Shown one piece after another: positions 1 through 10,771 of a stretch of DNA of 64,000 nucleotides. Source of the DNA: Oscillospiraceae bacterium (GTDB taxonomy: Bacteria > Bacillota > Clostridia > Oscillospirales > Oscillospiraceae); assembly GCA_021770845.1 (NCBI GenBank), contig JAETQF010000011.1, forward strand, positions 17,637 through 81,636, in the 5' to 3' direction. Made by a program: the position numbers and the translations under genes. The notes under the pieces were generated by a model. It made no database searches. It saw nothing but the letters and a program-made list of their open reading frames with translations, and had not been told where the DNA came from. The first letter of the stretch is position 1. Every line of letters begins with the position of its first letter.

Positions 1-28
1 AAAACAGAAAAACGGAGGAGGGAAGCCC

Positions 29-454
29 ATGGCATATTCGATTTCCGAGGCCTGCATTGGCTGCACCCTTTGCGCGAAAAGCTGCCCTGTACAGGCCATC
101 ACAGGGGAGTTGAAGGAACGGCACACCATCCTGGCCCAGCGATGCGTGGAGTGCGGCGTCTGCGGGCGGGTCTGCCCGAGGGGCGCTGTCAGCAGCCCGG
201 CGGGCGAGGTCGTGGAGCGGGTGCCAAAGAACCAGTGGCCCCGCCCGGAGATAGACACCAAGCAGTGCAGCGCCTGCTCCATGTGCGTGGACATCTGCGG
301 GAAGGACTGCCTGGCCATCTCTCTGCCCACCCGTCCAGGGGATCTGCGTGTGTTCGTCCAGCTGTCCCAGCCGGACGCCTGCGTGGGCTGCGGGATGTGC
401 GCCGGGATCTGTCCCCTCCACGCCATCACAATGAGAAAGCCGGTGAGTGAATGA
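29..454 (+). CDS. polyferredoxin (4x [4Fe-4S])
   Basis: Four CxxCxxCxxxC(P) motifs; GGAGG RBS; overlaps the AOR start (ATGA). Confidence 0.9.
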   Translation: MAYSISEACIGCTLCAKSCPVQAITGELKERHTILAQRCVECGVCGRVCPRGAVSSPAGEVVERVPKNQWPRPEIDTKQCSACSMCVDICGKDCLAISLPTRPGDLRVFVQLSQPDACVGCGMCAGICPLHAITMRKPVSE

Positions 455-2346
455 ACCTGCCAGTTTACGCCCGGATTGACCTGACCACCGGGGAGGTGTC
501 CCCCTATCCCATCTCAGAGCGGCTTTTTGAACAGTACATAGGCGGAAAGATTCTGGGCGGGAAGCTGCTCTATGACCTGATGCCCAAGGGGACGGACGCT
601 TTGGCACCGGAGAGCGTGCTCATCATCAACACCGGCCCCGCCAACGGCACGGGTGCGCCCTCCTCCAGCCGGTTCAACCTGTCCTTCAAGAATGTGCTCA
701 CCGGCGGTGTGGCCTCATCCAACTGCGGCGGGCAGTTCGGCGTGATGCTCCGGCGGGCGGGGTTCGACGGCCTCATCCTCACGGGAAAAGCGGAGCGGCT
801 GTCCTATGTGGAGATCCTGGACGGCCATATCGCCATCCGGGACGCCTCCGCCTTTGCCGGAATGGACGCGGAGAAAGTCCAGGAGCAGTTTGACAAGCAC
901 TGGGGCAAGCTGGTCATCGGCCCGGCAGGAGAGAACCTGGTGCGGTACGCCGGGGCCATGTCCGGCGAACGCATGGCCGGGCGGTGCGGCGCGGGAGCGG
1001 TGCTGGGCTCCAAGAACCTGAAGGGTCTGGTGGCCTTCGGCACCAAGACCGCCCCGGTGGAAAACAAGACGGCGCTGGACAAGTACGTGGCCAAGTGGGT
1101 AAAATTTTTGCAGAACCACCCCATGACCGGCGAGGCCCTGCCCCGGTACGGCTCGGCGGGGCTGGTGAGCAGCGCCAACGCCTCCGGGGCCCTGCCCACC
1201 CGCAACTTTGCCAAGGGCCGCTATGAGAAGTTCCGGGACATCAGCGGCGAGACCCTGGCGGACACGCATCTGACCCGGAACAGCGGCTGCGTCAGCTGCC
1301 CCATCCGCTGCGAGCGGCGGGTGAAGGTGGGCGGCAAGGAGGTCAAGGGCCCGGAGTATGAGACCGTGGGCCTGTTCGGGGCCAACATCGAGAACAACAA
1401 CCTGGAGTGGATCAACGAGATCAACTACCAGGCCGACATTTTGGGGATGGACACCATCTCCCTGGCGGGCACCATCGCCTTCGCCATGGAGCTCCAGGAG
1501 AAGGGGATGGCGGACTTCGGCCTGCACTTTGGGGACATCGACAACATCAAGGACGTGATCGGCAAGATCGCCCGCCGGGAGGGGATCTATTCCGAGCTGG
1601 CCAACGGCAGCAAGTGGCTGTCTGAAAAATATGGCGGCAAAGAGTTTGCCATCCACGCCAAGGGGCTGGAGATGGCCTCCTACGAACCGAGGCAGTCTGT
1701 GGGCATGGGCCTGGGCTATGCCACCGCCAACCGGGGCGGCTGCCACCTGAACGGCGGGTACCTGGCGCTGATCGAGTCGGTGGGCGTGCTGTCCGTGGAC
1801 AAAAACAGCCCCAAGGGAAAGGCGGAGCTGACGGTCATGTTCCAGAACATGATGGAGGCCATCTCCGCCGGCGGCTTTTGCCTGTTCACCGCCCAGGCGG
1901 TGATCCCGGCCTTTTTCTTCCGCCTGGGGCCCACCCACCCCATCACGCGGTTTGCCAACGGGGCCCTCGCCTCGGCGCGGTTTTTGCTCCGCCCCATGTG
2001 GAATCTGCTTCCGGGGCTGATCCCGTTCAACACCATGTACCTGATGCCCCACGCGGAGGTGCTCAAGCACGTCACGGGCCTCAAGATGACCACGGGGAAG
2101 CTGATGCAGGCGGGAGAGCGGGGCTACAACACAGAGCGGCTGTTCAACCTCCGGGAGGGGCTCACCGCCAAGGACGATTCCCTGCCCGACCGGCTCACCA
2201 AGGTGCCCCAGCAGGCGGATGATCCCAAGACCATCGTCCCCCTGGACAAGATGCTCCCCCGGTACTACAAGGTTCGGGGCTGGGACGCCAACGGCGTGCC
2301 CACCCCCCAAAAGCTGCGCAGGCTGGGCATAGAAGGGGCGGTGTGA
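451..2346 (+). CDS. aor: tungsten-dependent aldehyde:ferredoxin oxidoreductase (AOR/WOR family)
   Basis: YIGGKILG, SNCGGQFG, CVSCPIRC Fe-S motif, GPEYET, DILGMDTIS, RGGCH, YYKVRGWD; adjacent to tup and moco genes. Confidence 0.93.
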   Translation: MNLPVYARIDLTTGEVSPYPISERLFEQYIGGKILGGKLLYDLMPKGTDALAPESVLIINTGPANGTGAPSSSRFNLSFKNVLTGGVASSNCGGQFGVMLRRAGFDGLILTGKAERLSYVEILDGHIAIRDASAFAGMDAEKVQEQFDKHWGKLVIGPAGENLVRYAGAMSGERMAGRCGAGAVLGSKNLKGLVAFGTKTAPVENKTALDKYVAKWVKFLQNHPMTGEALPRYGSAGLVSSANASGALPTRNFAKGRYEKFRDISGETLADTHLTRNSGCVSCPIRCERRVKVGGKEVKGPEYETVGLFGANIENNNLEWINEINYQADILGMDTISLAGTIAFAMELQEKGMADFGLHFGDIDNIKDVIGKIARREGIYSELANGSKWLSEKYGGKEFAIHAKGLEMASYEPRQSVGMGLGYATANRGGCHLNGGYLALIESVGVLSVDKNSPKGKAELTVMFQNMMEAISAGGFCLFTAQAVIPAFFFRLGPTHPITRFANGALASARFLLRPMWNLLPGLIPFNTMYLMPHAEVLKHVTGLKMTTGKLMQAGERGYNTERLFNLREGLTAKDDSLPDRLTKVPQQADDPKTIVPLDKMLPRYYKVRGWDANGVPTPQKLRRLGIEGAV

Positions 2347-2348
2347 CC

Positions 2349-2594
2349 ATGGCAAAGCTGATCTACTATGGGGAACTCCGGGATCTCACCGGCCTGAGGG
2401 AGGAGGAGAGCGGCGGGGAGTCCATGCACGCCGTGCTGCGGGACATCGCGGCCCGCCATGGAACGTCCGCGGCCAAAGCCGCCCGCCGGTGCACCATCAC
2501 GCTGGACGGCGTGCGGGTAGACCGCCCCAACAGCCGGGAACCCATTCCAAAAGACTGCGAGATCTGCTTTTTCCCCCTTTGCAGCGGGGGATAA
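2349..2594 (+). CDS. moaD: MoaD/ThiS sulfur carrier
   Basis: ~81 aa ubiquitin-like protein ending in PLCSGG di-glycine. Confidence 0.88.
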   Translation: MAKLIYYGELRDLTGLREEESGGESMHAVLRDIAARHGTSAAKAARRCTITLDGVRVDRPNSREPIPKDCEICFFPLCSGG

Positions 2595-2634
2595 ACGCTC
2601 CAAAATACACGATGAGGATAAGAGGAAAAAGACA

Positions 2635-3672
2635 ATGAAACAGAAGGTAACTTCTCTGGCCCTGGCTCTGCTCCTGCTGCTGGCCGTTACCGGCTGCGCC
2701 CAGACGCCGCCCTCGGAGCCATCCCATGTGCCGTCGGCAGAGGTAACCGCGCCTGTCATCGAGACGGAACCCACCGGTACGCCGGAGGCCGGGATCGGCC
2801 TGACCATTTTGTATGAGCAGGACGACAGCATGATCAACACCTACTCCCTCCTGGCGGTGGATGAGGCCGCCCCATTCACCGACGCGGACGGCAACGCTGT
2901 GAGCGGCGTGGCCATCAACACCGTGGGGGCCAAGGCGCTGATCGACTGGATGCTCAGCGAGGAGGGAACCGCGCTGATCCGGGACTACGGCTACGCGGAC
3001 TACGGCGAGTACCTGTTCTATCTGAAAGACGACCGGCCGGTGTCCACCGCCCAGATCCCCCAGGCGGAGGACGCCACCCGCACCATCCGCCTGTCCACCA
3101 CCACCTCCGTCAACGACAGCGGGCTGCTGGGCTACCTGCTGCCCAAGTTTGAGGAGAAATACGGCTATACGGTGGAGGTCGCCTCCGCCGGAACCGGCAA
3201 GGCCATCGCCGCCGCCCAGTACGGCAACGCGGATCTGATCCTGGTGCACAGCAAGTCCCAGGAGGAGGCGTTTGTGGAGGCCGGGTTCGCCAAGGTGCTG
3301 GAGGGCTATGACACGGCGCGGCTGTCCTTTATGTACAACTACTTTGTGCTGGTGGGCCCCTCAGCGGATCCCGCTGGCTGCGCGGGCGCGGCCACAGTGA
3401 AGGACGCCTTCCGCCTGATTGCCGAGGGGGAGCACACCTTCGTCTCCCGGGGCGACAAGAGCGGCACCCACACCAAGGAGCTGTCCCTGTGGCCGGAGGA
3501 GCTGGGCATCACCGATGAGGCGGACAGCGTGGCGGAATATACCGACTGGTATGTGTACTCCAACGCGGGCATGGGCGTCTGCCTGACCATGGCGGAGGAG
3601 ATGGACGGCTATATTCTCTCAGACAAGGCCACCTTCCTAACCTTCCGGGCCAACAACGGCCAGATGGAATAA
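2635..3672 (+). CDS. tupA: tungstate ABC transporter substrate-binding lipoprotein (circularly permuted)
   Basis: Lipobox VTGC; TTTS tungstate signature, GTGKA, SRGDKSGTH, GMG; followed by permease and ATPase. Confidence 0.88.
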   Translation: MKQKVTSLALALLLLLAVTGCAQTPPSEPSHVPSAEVTAPVIETEPTGTPEAGIGLTILYEQDDSMINTYSLLAVDEAAPFTDADGNAVSGVAINTVGAKALIDWMLSEEGTALIRDYGYADYGEYLFYLKDDRPVSTAQIPQAEDATRTIRLSTTTSVNDSGLLGYLLPKFEEKYGYTVEVASAGTGKAIAAAQYGNADLILVHSKSQEEAFVEAGFAKVLEGYDTARLSFMYNYFVLVGPSADPAGCAGAATVKDAFRLIAEGEHTFVSRGDKSGTHTKELSLWPEELGITDEADSVAEYTDWYVYSNAGMGVCLTMAEEMDGYILSDKATFLTFRANNGQME

Positions 3673-3675
3673 CGG

Positions 3676-4359
3676 ATGGCGTCCTCGCTGATGGGGGCGC
3701 TGGAGCTGCTGCTCCATCCCACGCCCATGCTGCTGAGCATCTTGTCCACCACCCTGCAAATGGCCCTGCTCAGCTCCTGCGCCGCCCTGCTTTTAGGCGT
3801 GCCCCTGGGGGCGGCGCTGTCCCTGCTGCGCTTTCCGGGCCGGCAGGCCCTGGTGGTGCTCAACCGCACCCTCATGGGCCTGCCGCCGGTGGTGTGCGGG
3901 CTGATCTGCTATATGCTGTTCTCCGGCGTGGGGCCCCTGCGGCAGTTCAAGCTGCTGTACACCGTTCCCGGCATGGTGATCGCCCAGATCATCCTGATCA
4001 CGCCGCTGGTGACGGGGATCATGGAATCCAGCCTGGGGCACACCGCCGGGGCGGTGCGGGAGACGGCCCGGGGCATGGGCCTGGGCGGCGGCGTCACCCT
4101 GCTGCTGACGCTGAACGAGAACCGCTATCAGATCATATCCGCCTATTTAATGGCCTTTGGACGGGCCATGGCGGAGGTGGGCGCCGTCTCCATGGTGGGC
4201 GGCGCCATCGCCTATAAGACCAACGTCATGACCACCGCCATCATGATGTACACCAACCGGGGGGATTTTACGCTGGGGCTGTCCCTGGGAATCCTGCTGC
4301 TGCTGATCTCCCTGGCGGTGAATTTGGCGGTCTGGCTGCTGCAAAAGAGGTGGGCCTGA
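3676..4359 (+). CDS. tupB: tungstate ABC transporter permease
   Basis: LMGLPPVVCGL, FGRAMAEVGA, TNVMTTAI motifs; hydrophobic. Confidence 0.88.
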   Translation: MASSLMGALELLLHPTPMLLSILSTTLQMALLSSCAALLLGVPLGAALSLLRFPGRQALVVLNRTLMGLPPVVCGLICYMLFSGVGPLRQFKLLYTVPGMVIAQIILITPLVTGIMESSLGHTAGAVRETARGMGLGGGVTLLLTLNENRYQIISAYLMAFGRAMAEVGAVSMVGGAIAYKTNVMTTAIMMYTNRGDFTLGLSLGILLLLISLAVNLAVWLLQKRWA

Positions 4360-5024
4360 TGGAGATACGCCACCTGTCCAAGACCTACGGGGGCAAGCGG
4401 GTGCTGGACATACCCGCCTTTGCGTTTGAGCCAAACACCCGGTACGCCGTCATCGGGGCCAACGGGAGCGGGAAATCCACCCTGGCCCGGCTTCTGGCCG
4501 GGGTGATCCCGGCAGATCCCGGCGCTGCCATTTCCGGAGGCGGCTCGGTGGGCTATATGCCCCAAAAGAGCCTGGGCTTCCGCCTGTCTGTCCGGCGGAA
4601 CCTGCGGCTGGGGGTCAGGGACGCCCAGGCCGGGGAGCGCTCCGCCCGTCTGGCGGCGGAGCTGGGCCTGGACGCGCTGGCAAAGCGGGACGGCGGCAGC
4701 CTGTCGGGGGGCGAAACGGCCAAGCTGGCCCTGGCCCGGGTGCTGGCGGGCCGCTGGGACGTTCTCATTTTAGACGAGCCCACCGCCGCCATGGACGTGC
4801 CCGCCGCCCTCCGGGCGGAGGAATGTATCCTGCGCTGTCAGCGGGAGACGGGCTGCACGCTGATCCTGGTCACCCACGCCTTTGGGCAGGCGGAGCGCAT
4901 CGGCCAGCAGGCGCTGTTTCTCCATGAGGGGCAGCTCTGGGAGCACGGCCCCGCGGAGCAGCTCCTGCACCATCCGCTTCGGCCTGAGACGCGGCAATTC
5001 CTGCGCTTCGGCGCGTTCGCATAG
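4359..5024 (+). CDS. tupC: tungstate ABC transporter ATP-binding protein
   Basis: GANGSGKS Walker A, LSGGE signature, ILDEPT Walker B; TGATG coupling with tupB. Confidence 0.85.
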   Translation: MEIRHLSKTYGGKRVLDIPAFAFEPNTRYAVIGANGSGKSTLARLLAGVIPADPGAAISGGGSVGYMPQKSLGFRLSVRRNLRLGVRDAQAGERSARLAAELGLDALAKRDGGSLSGGETAKLALARVLAGRWDVLILDEPTAAMDVPAALRAEECILRCQRETGCTLILVTHAFGQAERIGQQALFLHEGQLWEHGPAEQLLHHPLRPETRQFLRFGAFA

Positions 5025-5035
5025 GGGGTTCTGTT

Positions 5036-5761
5036 TTGGGGCGTTATATGCGGCAGATGTCCCTGCCGGAATTCGGGGCTGAGGGACAGCGCAGGCTGTC
5101 CGGCGCGAAGGTCTTGGTTGTCGGTCTGGGCGGGCTGGGCTCTGTTTTATCCCACTGCCTGGCCGGAATGGGGGTGGGCAGTCTGACGCTGGTGGATCCA
5201 GACCGGGTGGAACTGCACAACCTGGATCGGCAGTTCCTCTACACCGAGGAGGACATAGGAGAACCCAAAGCCCAGGCCGCTGCCCGGCGGTTGGCACGGC
5301 TCAACCACGAGGTGGGCATCGAGGCTGTGCCCCGGGCCTTTACCGCCGGGACAGCCCTTGCCCCGGGCCAATATGATGTGGCCGTCGCCGCCACGGACAG
5401 CCGGGAGAGCCGTCTGGACATCAACCGCGCCTGCTGCGGCGGGAGGATCCCCCTGGTGTGCGGCGGGGTGGCGGGCCTGTACGGCACCCTCCAGGTGATC
5501 CTGCCCGGCAGGACGCCCTGCGTGCGCTGTGCCGGGGGCGGCGAGACCTGGACGGATCACGCCCCATCCCCCGCCCCGGTGGTGAGCGCCCTGTCCGCTT
5601 TGATGGCCCAGGCGGCGGCGGGGGTGCTGTGCGGCTGGGAGCTGCCCCAAAACGAGCTGATCCTGTTTGATGGAAAGCGGTTTGAATTAGAGCATATCCC
5701 TCTGCGCCGCCGGGAGGACTGCCCCCACTGCGGAGGGCTGACGGAGGAAACACCATGCTGA
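5036..5761 (+). CDS. moeB: MoeB/ThiF adenylyltransferase
   Basis: RYMRQ, VGLGGLG, DxVELHNLDRQ, two CxxC Zn motifs. Confidence 0.9.
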   Translation: MGRYMRQMSLPEFGAEGQRRLSGAKVLVVGLGGLGSVLSHCLAGMGVGSLTLVDPDRVELHNLDRQFLYTEEDIGEPKAQAAARRLARLNHEVGIEAVPRAFTAGTALAPGQYDVAVAATDSRESRLDINRACCGGRIPLVCGGVAGLYGTLQVILPGRTPCVRCAGGGETWTDHAPSPAPVVSALSALMAQAAAGVLCGWELPQNELILFDGKRFELEHIPLRRREDCPHCGGLTEETPC

Positions 5762-6957
5762 ACGTCATCACCCTGGAGGAGGCCCAACGGCTTCTGATGG
5801 AAACCTTCGGCGGCTGGAGGCCGGAGCCGGAGGAAGTCCCCCTGTCCCAAGGGCTGGGGCGGGTGCTGGCCCGGCCGGTGGAGGCAGCGGAGTTCGTCCC
5901 CGGCTTTGACCGCTCCACGGTGGACGGGTACGCCCTGCGGGCGGCGGACACCTTTGGCTGCGGGGAGAGCATTCCCGCGCTGCTGTCCCTGGCGGGCGAG
6001 GTGCGCATGGGAGAGATCCCGGACGCTGCGATCCAGCCGGGCCAGTGCGCCTATATCCCCACGGGAGGCTGCCTGCCAACCGGTGCGGACGCCGTGGTGA
6101 TGCTGGAATACGCGGAGGACTACGGGGACGGGACGGTGGGCATCCAGAGCCCCTGCGCACCGGGGGCCCATCTGATCTTCCGGGGGGACGATACGATGCC
6201 GGGGAAGGAGCTGCTCCCCGCCGGGAAAAAGCTGGGGGCCAAGGAGATCGGCGCCCTGGCGGCGGCGGGGGTGTCGCAGGTGTCCGTGCTTGCCCCGCCC
6301 CGGGCGTCCGTCTTTTCCACCGGGGACGAGCTGATCCACGTGGAGCAGGTTCCCGCCCCCGGACAGGTGCGGGACGTGAACGGGCCCATGCTGGCCGCGG
6401 CGCTGAAGGAGCTGGGGTGCCGCGTATGCCGCCGGGAGCTGCTTCAGGACGACCAGTCGCTGCTGCGCCGCGCCATTTCCCAAGCCTGCGGGGACAGCGA
6501 CATGGTGTTCCTGTCCGGCGGCAGCTCGGTGGGGATCCAGGACGACGCGTACCGGGTGCTGAGCGAACTGGGCACAGTGCTGTTCCACGGCCTGGCGGTA
6601 AAGCCGGGGAAGCCTACCCTGCTGGCAGACGTGGGCGGCGTGCCGGTATTCGGCCTGCCGGGGCACCCCGCCGCCGCCTGGTTCCTGTTCCGGCTGCTGG
6701 CCGCGCCGTGGATCTGCGGATGTACCGGGCGGGAGCTTCCGGGGCGGGAGACCGCCGCGGTGCTGGACGCAAGCCTGCCCTCCAACCATGGCCGGGAGGA
6801 ATATGTGCTGGTACGGCTGAAGGACGGTCGCGCCATCCCTCTGTGGAACAAGTCCGGCCTGATTACATCGTTATCCCAGGCGGACGGCTATCTGTGCATA
6901 CCGCGGGACGCGGAGGGCATATCCGCCGGCAGCCGGGTGACCGTCACCCTCATTTGA
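5755..6957 (+). CDS. moeA: molybdopterin molybdo/tungsto-transferase MoeA (copy 1)
   Basis: FDRSTVDGYA, TGDEL, SGGSSVG, KPGKP, LPGHP. Confidence 0.92.
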   Translation: MLNVITLEEAQRLLMETFGGWRPEPEEVPLSQGLGRVLARPVEAAEFVPGFDRSTVDGYALRAADTFGCGESIPALLSLAGEVRMGEIPDAAIQPGQCAYIPTGGCLPTGADAVVMLEYAEDYGDGTVGIQSPCAPGAHLIFRGDDTMPGKELLPAGKKLGAKEIGALAAAGVSQVSVLAPPRASVFSTGDELIHVEQVPAPGQVRDVNGPMLAAALKELGCRVCRRELLQDDQSLLRRAISQACGDSDMVFLSGGSSVGIQDDAYRVLSELGTVLFHGLAVKPGKPTLLADVGGVPVFGLPGHPAAAWFLFRLLAAPWICGCTGRELPGRETAAVLDASLPSNHGREEYVLVRLKDGRAIPLWNKSGLITSLSQADGYLCIPRDAEGISAGSRVTVTLI

Positions 6958-6994
6958 GGCGGCGGGGAGAACACGCAAAGGAGCCGCAGCCGCG

Positions 6995-8902
6995 ATGAAA
7001 TACGACTATTTATCAAACGTCCCGCTGGAACAGGCGGTGGAGGAGTACCTGTCCGCCCTGGAGCGGGCGGGTATGAAATTGAACACAGAAACTATCCCCA
7101 CCGTGGAGGCCCTTGATCGGATCACCGCCCAGGCGGTATACGCCGTCCTGTGCGCGCCCCACTACCACGCGGCGGCCATGGACGGGATTGCGCTGGAGGC
7201 CGGACGAACCTTCGGCGCGTCGGAGACCACCCCCGCCGTACTGCGTCCCAACGAGTATACGCCGGTGGACACTGGCGACCCGGTTCCGGCGGACTGTGAC
7301 GCGGTGGTGATGATCGAGGACGTGGTGGAACGGGATGGGGCCGTCTATCTGTATGCCCCCGCCTCCCCCTGGCAGCACATCCGCCAGATCGGCGAGGACA
7401 TCAGCGCCGGGGACATGATCCTGCCGTCCTTTACCCGGATCACCCCCGCCGCCATGGGCGCGCTCCTGGCCGGGGGAGTGGGAGAGATCCCCGTGCTGCG
7501 CCGCCCGGTGGTGGGGATCATCCCCACCGGGGACGAGATCGTCCCGCCCAGCAGCAGCCCCGCTGTGGGCGAGGTGATGGAGTTCAACTCCGCCATCTTC
7601 TCCGGGATGCTGGCCCGGTGGGGGGCACAGCCAAAGGTCTACCCCATTGTCAGGGACGACCGCACAAAAATAAAGACCGCCGTTTGTCAGGCGGCAGAGG
7701 AATGTGACGCCTTGCTCATCGGTGCCGGAACCAGCGCGGGCCGGGACGACTACACGGTGTCCGTGCTGGAGGAGCTGGGCACGGTGGTGCGCCACGGCGT
7801 TGCCATCAAGCCGGGGAAGCCCGCCGTGCTGGCCCACATCGGGGCGGTGCCGGTGGTGGGCGTACCGGGGTACCCGGTGTCCGGCATTTTAGTGCTGGAG
7901 GAGCTGTTTTACCCCGTGCTGTGCCGGATGCTCCGCCAGCCGGTGCGCCGGTCTGCCTATGCGGAGGTGCGGCTGGGGCGCAGGCTGAACAGCTCGCTGA
8001 AATACCGGGAATTTGTCCGGGCCCGGCTCAGCCCCGGCCCGGACGGGGTGCCGGTGGCCACGCCGCTGAACCGTGGGGCGGGGGTGGTGACCTCCTTCGT
8101 CAAGGCGGACTGCATCCTGGATATTCCCCAGAATGCCGAGGGTGCGGAGAAGGGTGCGCTCTGCCGGGCGCGGCTGCTGCGCCCGCTGGAGGACTTGGAA
8201 CACACGCTGGCCATTGTGGGCAGCCACGACCCTTTGCTGGACGAGGCCGCCGACCTGCTGCGGCGGGCGGGTTCGGGGTTTTCTGTGTCCTCCACCCATG
8301 TGGGGAGCATGGGGGCCGTCACGGCCATCAAGGGCGGCGAGGCGGTGATGGGGGCGGTTCACCTGCTGGATGAGGAGACGGGGACTTATAATGTGCCCCA
8401 GCTGCGCCGCTTTTTCCCCGACGGCCGCGCGGTCTTGGTAGAGTGCGTCCAGCGCACCCAGGGGCTGATGGCGGCGCCGGGGAATCCTATGGGGCTGCGG
8501 GATTTGGACGATATCATCCGCACAGGAGCGCGGTATGTGAACCGCCAGCGGGGAGCGGGCACCCGGATCCTGTGCGACTGGCTGCTGAAGCAGGCGGGCC
8601 GGGAGCCCTCGCAGGTCAACGGCTATACGAGAGAGGAGCTGACCCACACCGCGGTAGCCGCCCAGATTGCCGCCGGAACGGCGGACGCCGGGCTGGGAAT
8701 CTATTCTGCGGCAAAGCTCTATGGCCTGGATTTCATTCCCGTCTGCCAGGAGCAGTACGATCTGCTGGCGCTCCGCGGCGCGCTGGACGCGCCGGTGGTC
8801 AAGGCGTTCCTCTCGGTGCTGGGCAGCGGGGCGTTCCGTCAGCGCCTGGAGGCGCTGGGGGGCTATGAGCTGCGGCATCCGGGCCGGATACGGGAGGAAT
8901 AG
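6995..8902 (+). CDS. moeA: MoeA fused to a C-terminal periplasmic-binding-protein-like (PBP) domain
   Basis: AAMDG, TGDE, KPGKP, GYPVS followed by [21 protein letters not shown] motifs. Confidence 0.9.
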   Translation: MKYDYLSNVPLEQAVEEYLSALERAGMKLNTETIPTVEALDRITAQAVYAVLCAPHYHAAAMDGIALEAGRTFGASETTPAVLRPNEYTPVDTGDPVPADCDAVVMIEDVVERDGAVYLYAPASPWQHIRQIGEDISAGDMILPSFTRITPAAMGALLAGGVGEIPVLRRPVVGIIPTGDEIVPPSSSPAVGEVMEFNSAIFSGMLARWGAQPKVYPIVRDDRTKIKTAVCQAAEECDALLIGAGTSAGRDDYTVSVLEELGTVVRHGVAIKPGKPAVLAHIGAVPVVGVPGYPVSGILVLEELFYPVLCRMLRQPVRRSAYAEVRLGRRLNSSLKYREFVRARLSPGPDGVPVATPLNRGAGVVTSFVKADCILDIPQNAEGAEKGALCRARLLRPLEDLEHTLAIVGSHDPLLDEAADLLRRAGSGFSVSSTHVGSMGAVTAIKGGEAVMGAVHLLDEETGTYNVPQLRRFFPDGRAVLVECVQRTQGLMAAPGNPMGLRDLDDIIRTGARYVNRQRGAGTRILCDWLLKQAGREPSQVNGYTREELTHTAVAAQIAAGTADAGLGIYSAAKLYGLDFIPVCQEQYDLLALRGALDAPVVKAFLSVLGSGAFRQRLEALGGYELRHPGRIREE

Positions 8903-8904
8903 CG

Positions 8905-9396
8905 GTGGAACAGATATTTTCTCATTTGGACGAGGGCGGGAACGCCCGCATGGTGGACGTGGGCGGGAAGGAGAACACCCTGCGCTATGCCGCCGCCCAG
9001 GCCCTGGTCACCATGGAACCCGCCACGCTGGACGCCATCCTGGCCCACGGGCTGAAAAAGGGAGACGTGTTCGCCTGCGCCAGACTGGCGGGGATTACGG
9101 CGGCCAAGCGGACGGCGGAGTGGATCCCGCTGTGCCACCCCATCCCGCTGGACAGCGTGGAGGTGTCCCTGGAGCCCCTGGGGGAAAACCAGGTGCGGAT
9201 CCTCTCCAGGGTGCGCACCGTGTGGCGCACCGGGGTGGAGATGGAGGCCATGACTGCGGCCAGCGCCGCCGCGCTGACCATCTACGATATGTGCAAGGGG
9301 ATCGACCGGGGCATGGAGATCGGGCCGGTTGTGCTCCTGGAAAAGTCAGGGGGGCGCAGCGGGCACTTTGTCCGGGACGGAGACGGCCATGCTTGA
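8905..9396 (+). CDS. moaC: cyclic pyranopterin monophosphate synthase
   Basis: MVDV, IPLCHP, TGVEMEA, YDMCK, KSGG. Confidence 0.95.
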   Translation: MEQIFSHLDEGGNARMVDVGGKENTLRYAAAQALVTMEPATLDAILAHGLKKGDVFACARLAGITAAKRTAEWIPLCHPIPLDSVEVSLEPLGENQVRILSRVRTVWRTGVEMEAMTAASAAALTIYDMCKGIDRGMEIGPVVLLEKSGGRSGHFVRDGDGHA

Positions 9397-10327
9397 CCGG
9401 TACGAGAGGGAGATCGACTACCTGCGCCTGTCCGTCACCGGCTCCTGCGACTGCCGCTGCCCCTACTGCGTCCCCCGGGGGGAGACGGTGCGGTGTTCGT
9501 CCCTCCTGTCCGCGGACGAGCTGGCGGAGCTGGCCCGGGCCGCGGTGTCCTGCGGGGTGCGGAAGATCCGCCTGACCGGCGGGGAGCCCCTGCTGCGGGA
9601 GGACATTGTGGAGCTGTGCCGCGGAATGGCCCTGATTCCCGGGCTGGAGGAGCTGTGCCTGACCACCAACGGGATCCATTTGGGCCGGCTTGCGCCGGAA
9701 TTGAAGCGGGCCGGGGTGTCGCGGCTGAACGTCAGCCTGGACACCCTTCTGCCGGAACGCTTCCAACGCCTGACTGGGCATGATTGCCTGGGGGAGGTTC
9801 TGCATGGAATCGAAGCGGCGCAAAGGCAGGGGTTTGATCGGATCAAGCTGAATGTGGTTCTGATGGCGGGGATCAATGAGGACGAGATTCCAAATTTGAT
9901 CGCGTTTGGAGGGAAAAGGGCCCTTGACGTCCGCTTCATCGAGCTGATGCCCATAGGGCCCTGCGCCGCGTTTGCCCAGTCCCACTACCTGCCGGCTGAA
10001 GCCGTGCTGGAGGCGTGCCCGGAGCTGCGGCCCGCAGGGCGGGACGGCGTGGCGCAGCTCTACGCCCTGCCCGGTGGAGCGGGCCGGGTGGGCCTGATCC
10101 GGCCCATCAGCCACAAATTCTGCGCACAGTGCAGCCGCATCCGGATTGATTCCGGCGGAACTCTGCGGCCCTGCCTCCACAGCACGGACGGGGTTCCCCT
10201 GCGGGGGCTGCGCGGCCGGGAGCTGGAGGACGCCATCCGCGCCGGAATACAGAGCAAGCCGCGGGGGCACGCCCTGTCGGCGGGGGCGGTCTGCCAGACG
10301 CAGACCATGTATCAGATCGGAGGTTAG
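9389..10327 (+). CDS. moaA: GTP 3',8-cyclase (radical SAM)
   Basis: [30 protein letters not shown]-terminal IGG. Confidence 0.95.
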   Translation: MLDRYEREIDYLRLSVTGSCDCRCPYCVPRGETVRCSSLLSADELAELARAAVSCGVRKIRLTGGEPLLREDIVELCRGMALIPGLEELCLTTNGIHLGRLAPELKRAGVSRLNVSLDTLLPERFQRLTGHDCLGEVLHGIEAAQRQGFDRIKLNVVLMAGINEDEIPNLIAFGGKRALDVRFIELMPIGPCAAFAQSHYLPAEAVLEACPELRPAGRDGVAQLYALPGGAGRVGLIRPISHKFCAQCSRIRIDSGGTLRPCLHSTDGVPLRGLRGRELEDAIRAGIQSKPRGHALSAGAVCQTQTMYQIGG

Positions 10328-10330
10328 CCC

Positions 10331-10771
10331 ATGGACGGAACGGTCATATCGGTCAATCTCAGCGAAAAAAAGGGGACGGTCAAACGTCCCATTTCCAGAG
10401 GCCTGCTGGTGGCCGGCAGCGGGCTGGAGGGGGACGCCCACGCCGGCCCCTGGCACCGGCAGGTGAGCCTGCTGGCCCAGGAGAGCATCGATAAGATGCG
10501 GGAATACGGGCTGGATGAGCTGGAGCCCGGGATCTTCGCGGAGAACATCACCACCCAGGGGCTCGTGCTCAACACGCTCCCCGTCGGCGAGCGGCTGCAA
10601 ATCGGAGAATGTGTGCTGAGAGTGACCCAGATCGGGAAGGAGTGCGCGGGGCCCTGCGAGGTGGCCCGGCGGGTGGGGAAGTGCGTCATGCCCACCGAGG
10701 GGATCTTTGCGGAGGTGCTGACCGGGGGAGAGATCGCGCCGGGAATGCCGATTCAGCGTATGGGGGTATGA
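10331..10771 (+). CDS. MOSC domain protein
   Basis: GLEGDAHAG, RQVSLL, FAENITT, QIGKEC, MPTEGIF. Confidence 0.88.
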   Translation: MDGTVISVNLSEKKGTVKRPISRGLLVAGSGLEGDAHAGPWHRQVSLLAQESIDKMREYGLDELEPGIFAENITTQGLVLNTLPVGERLQIGECVLRVTQIGKECAGPCEVARRVGKCVMPTEGIFAEVLTGGEIAPGMPIQRMGV

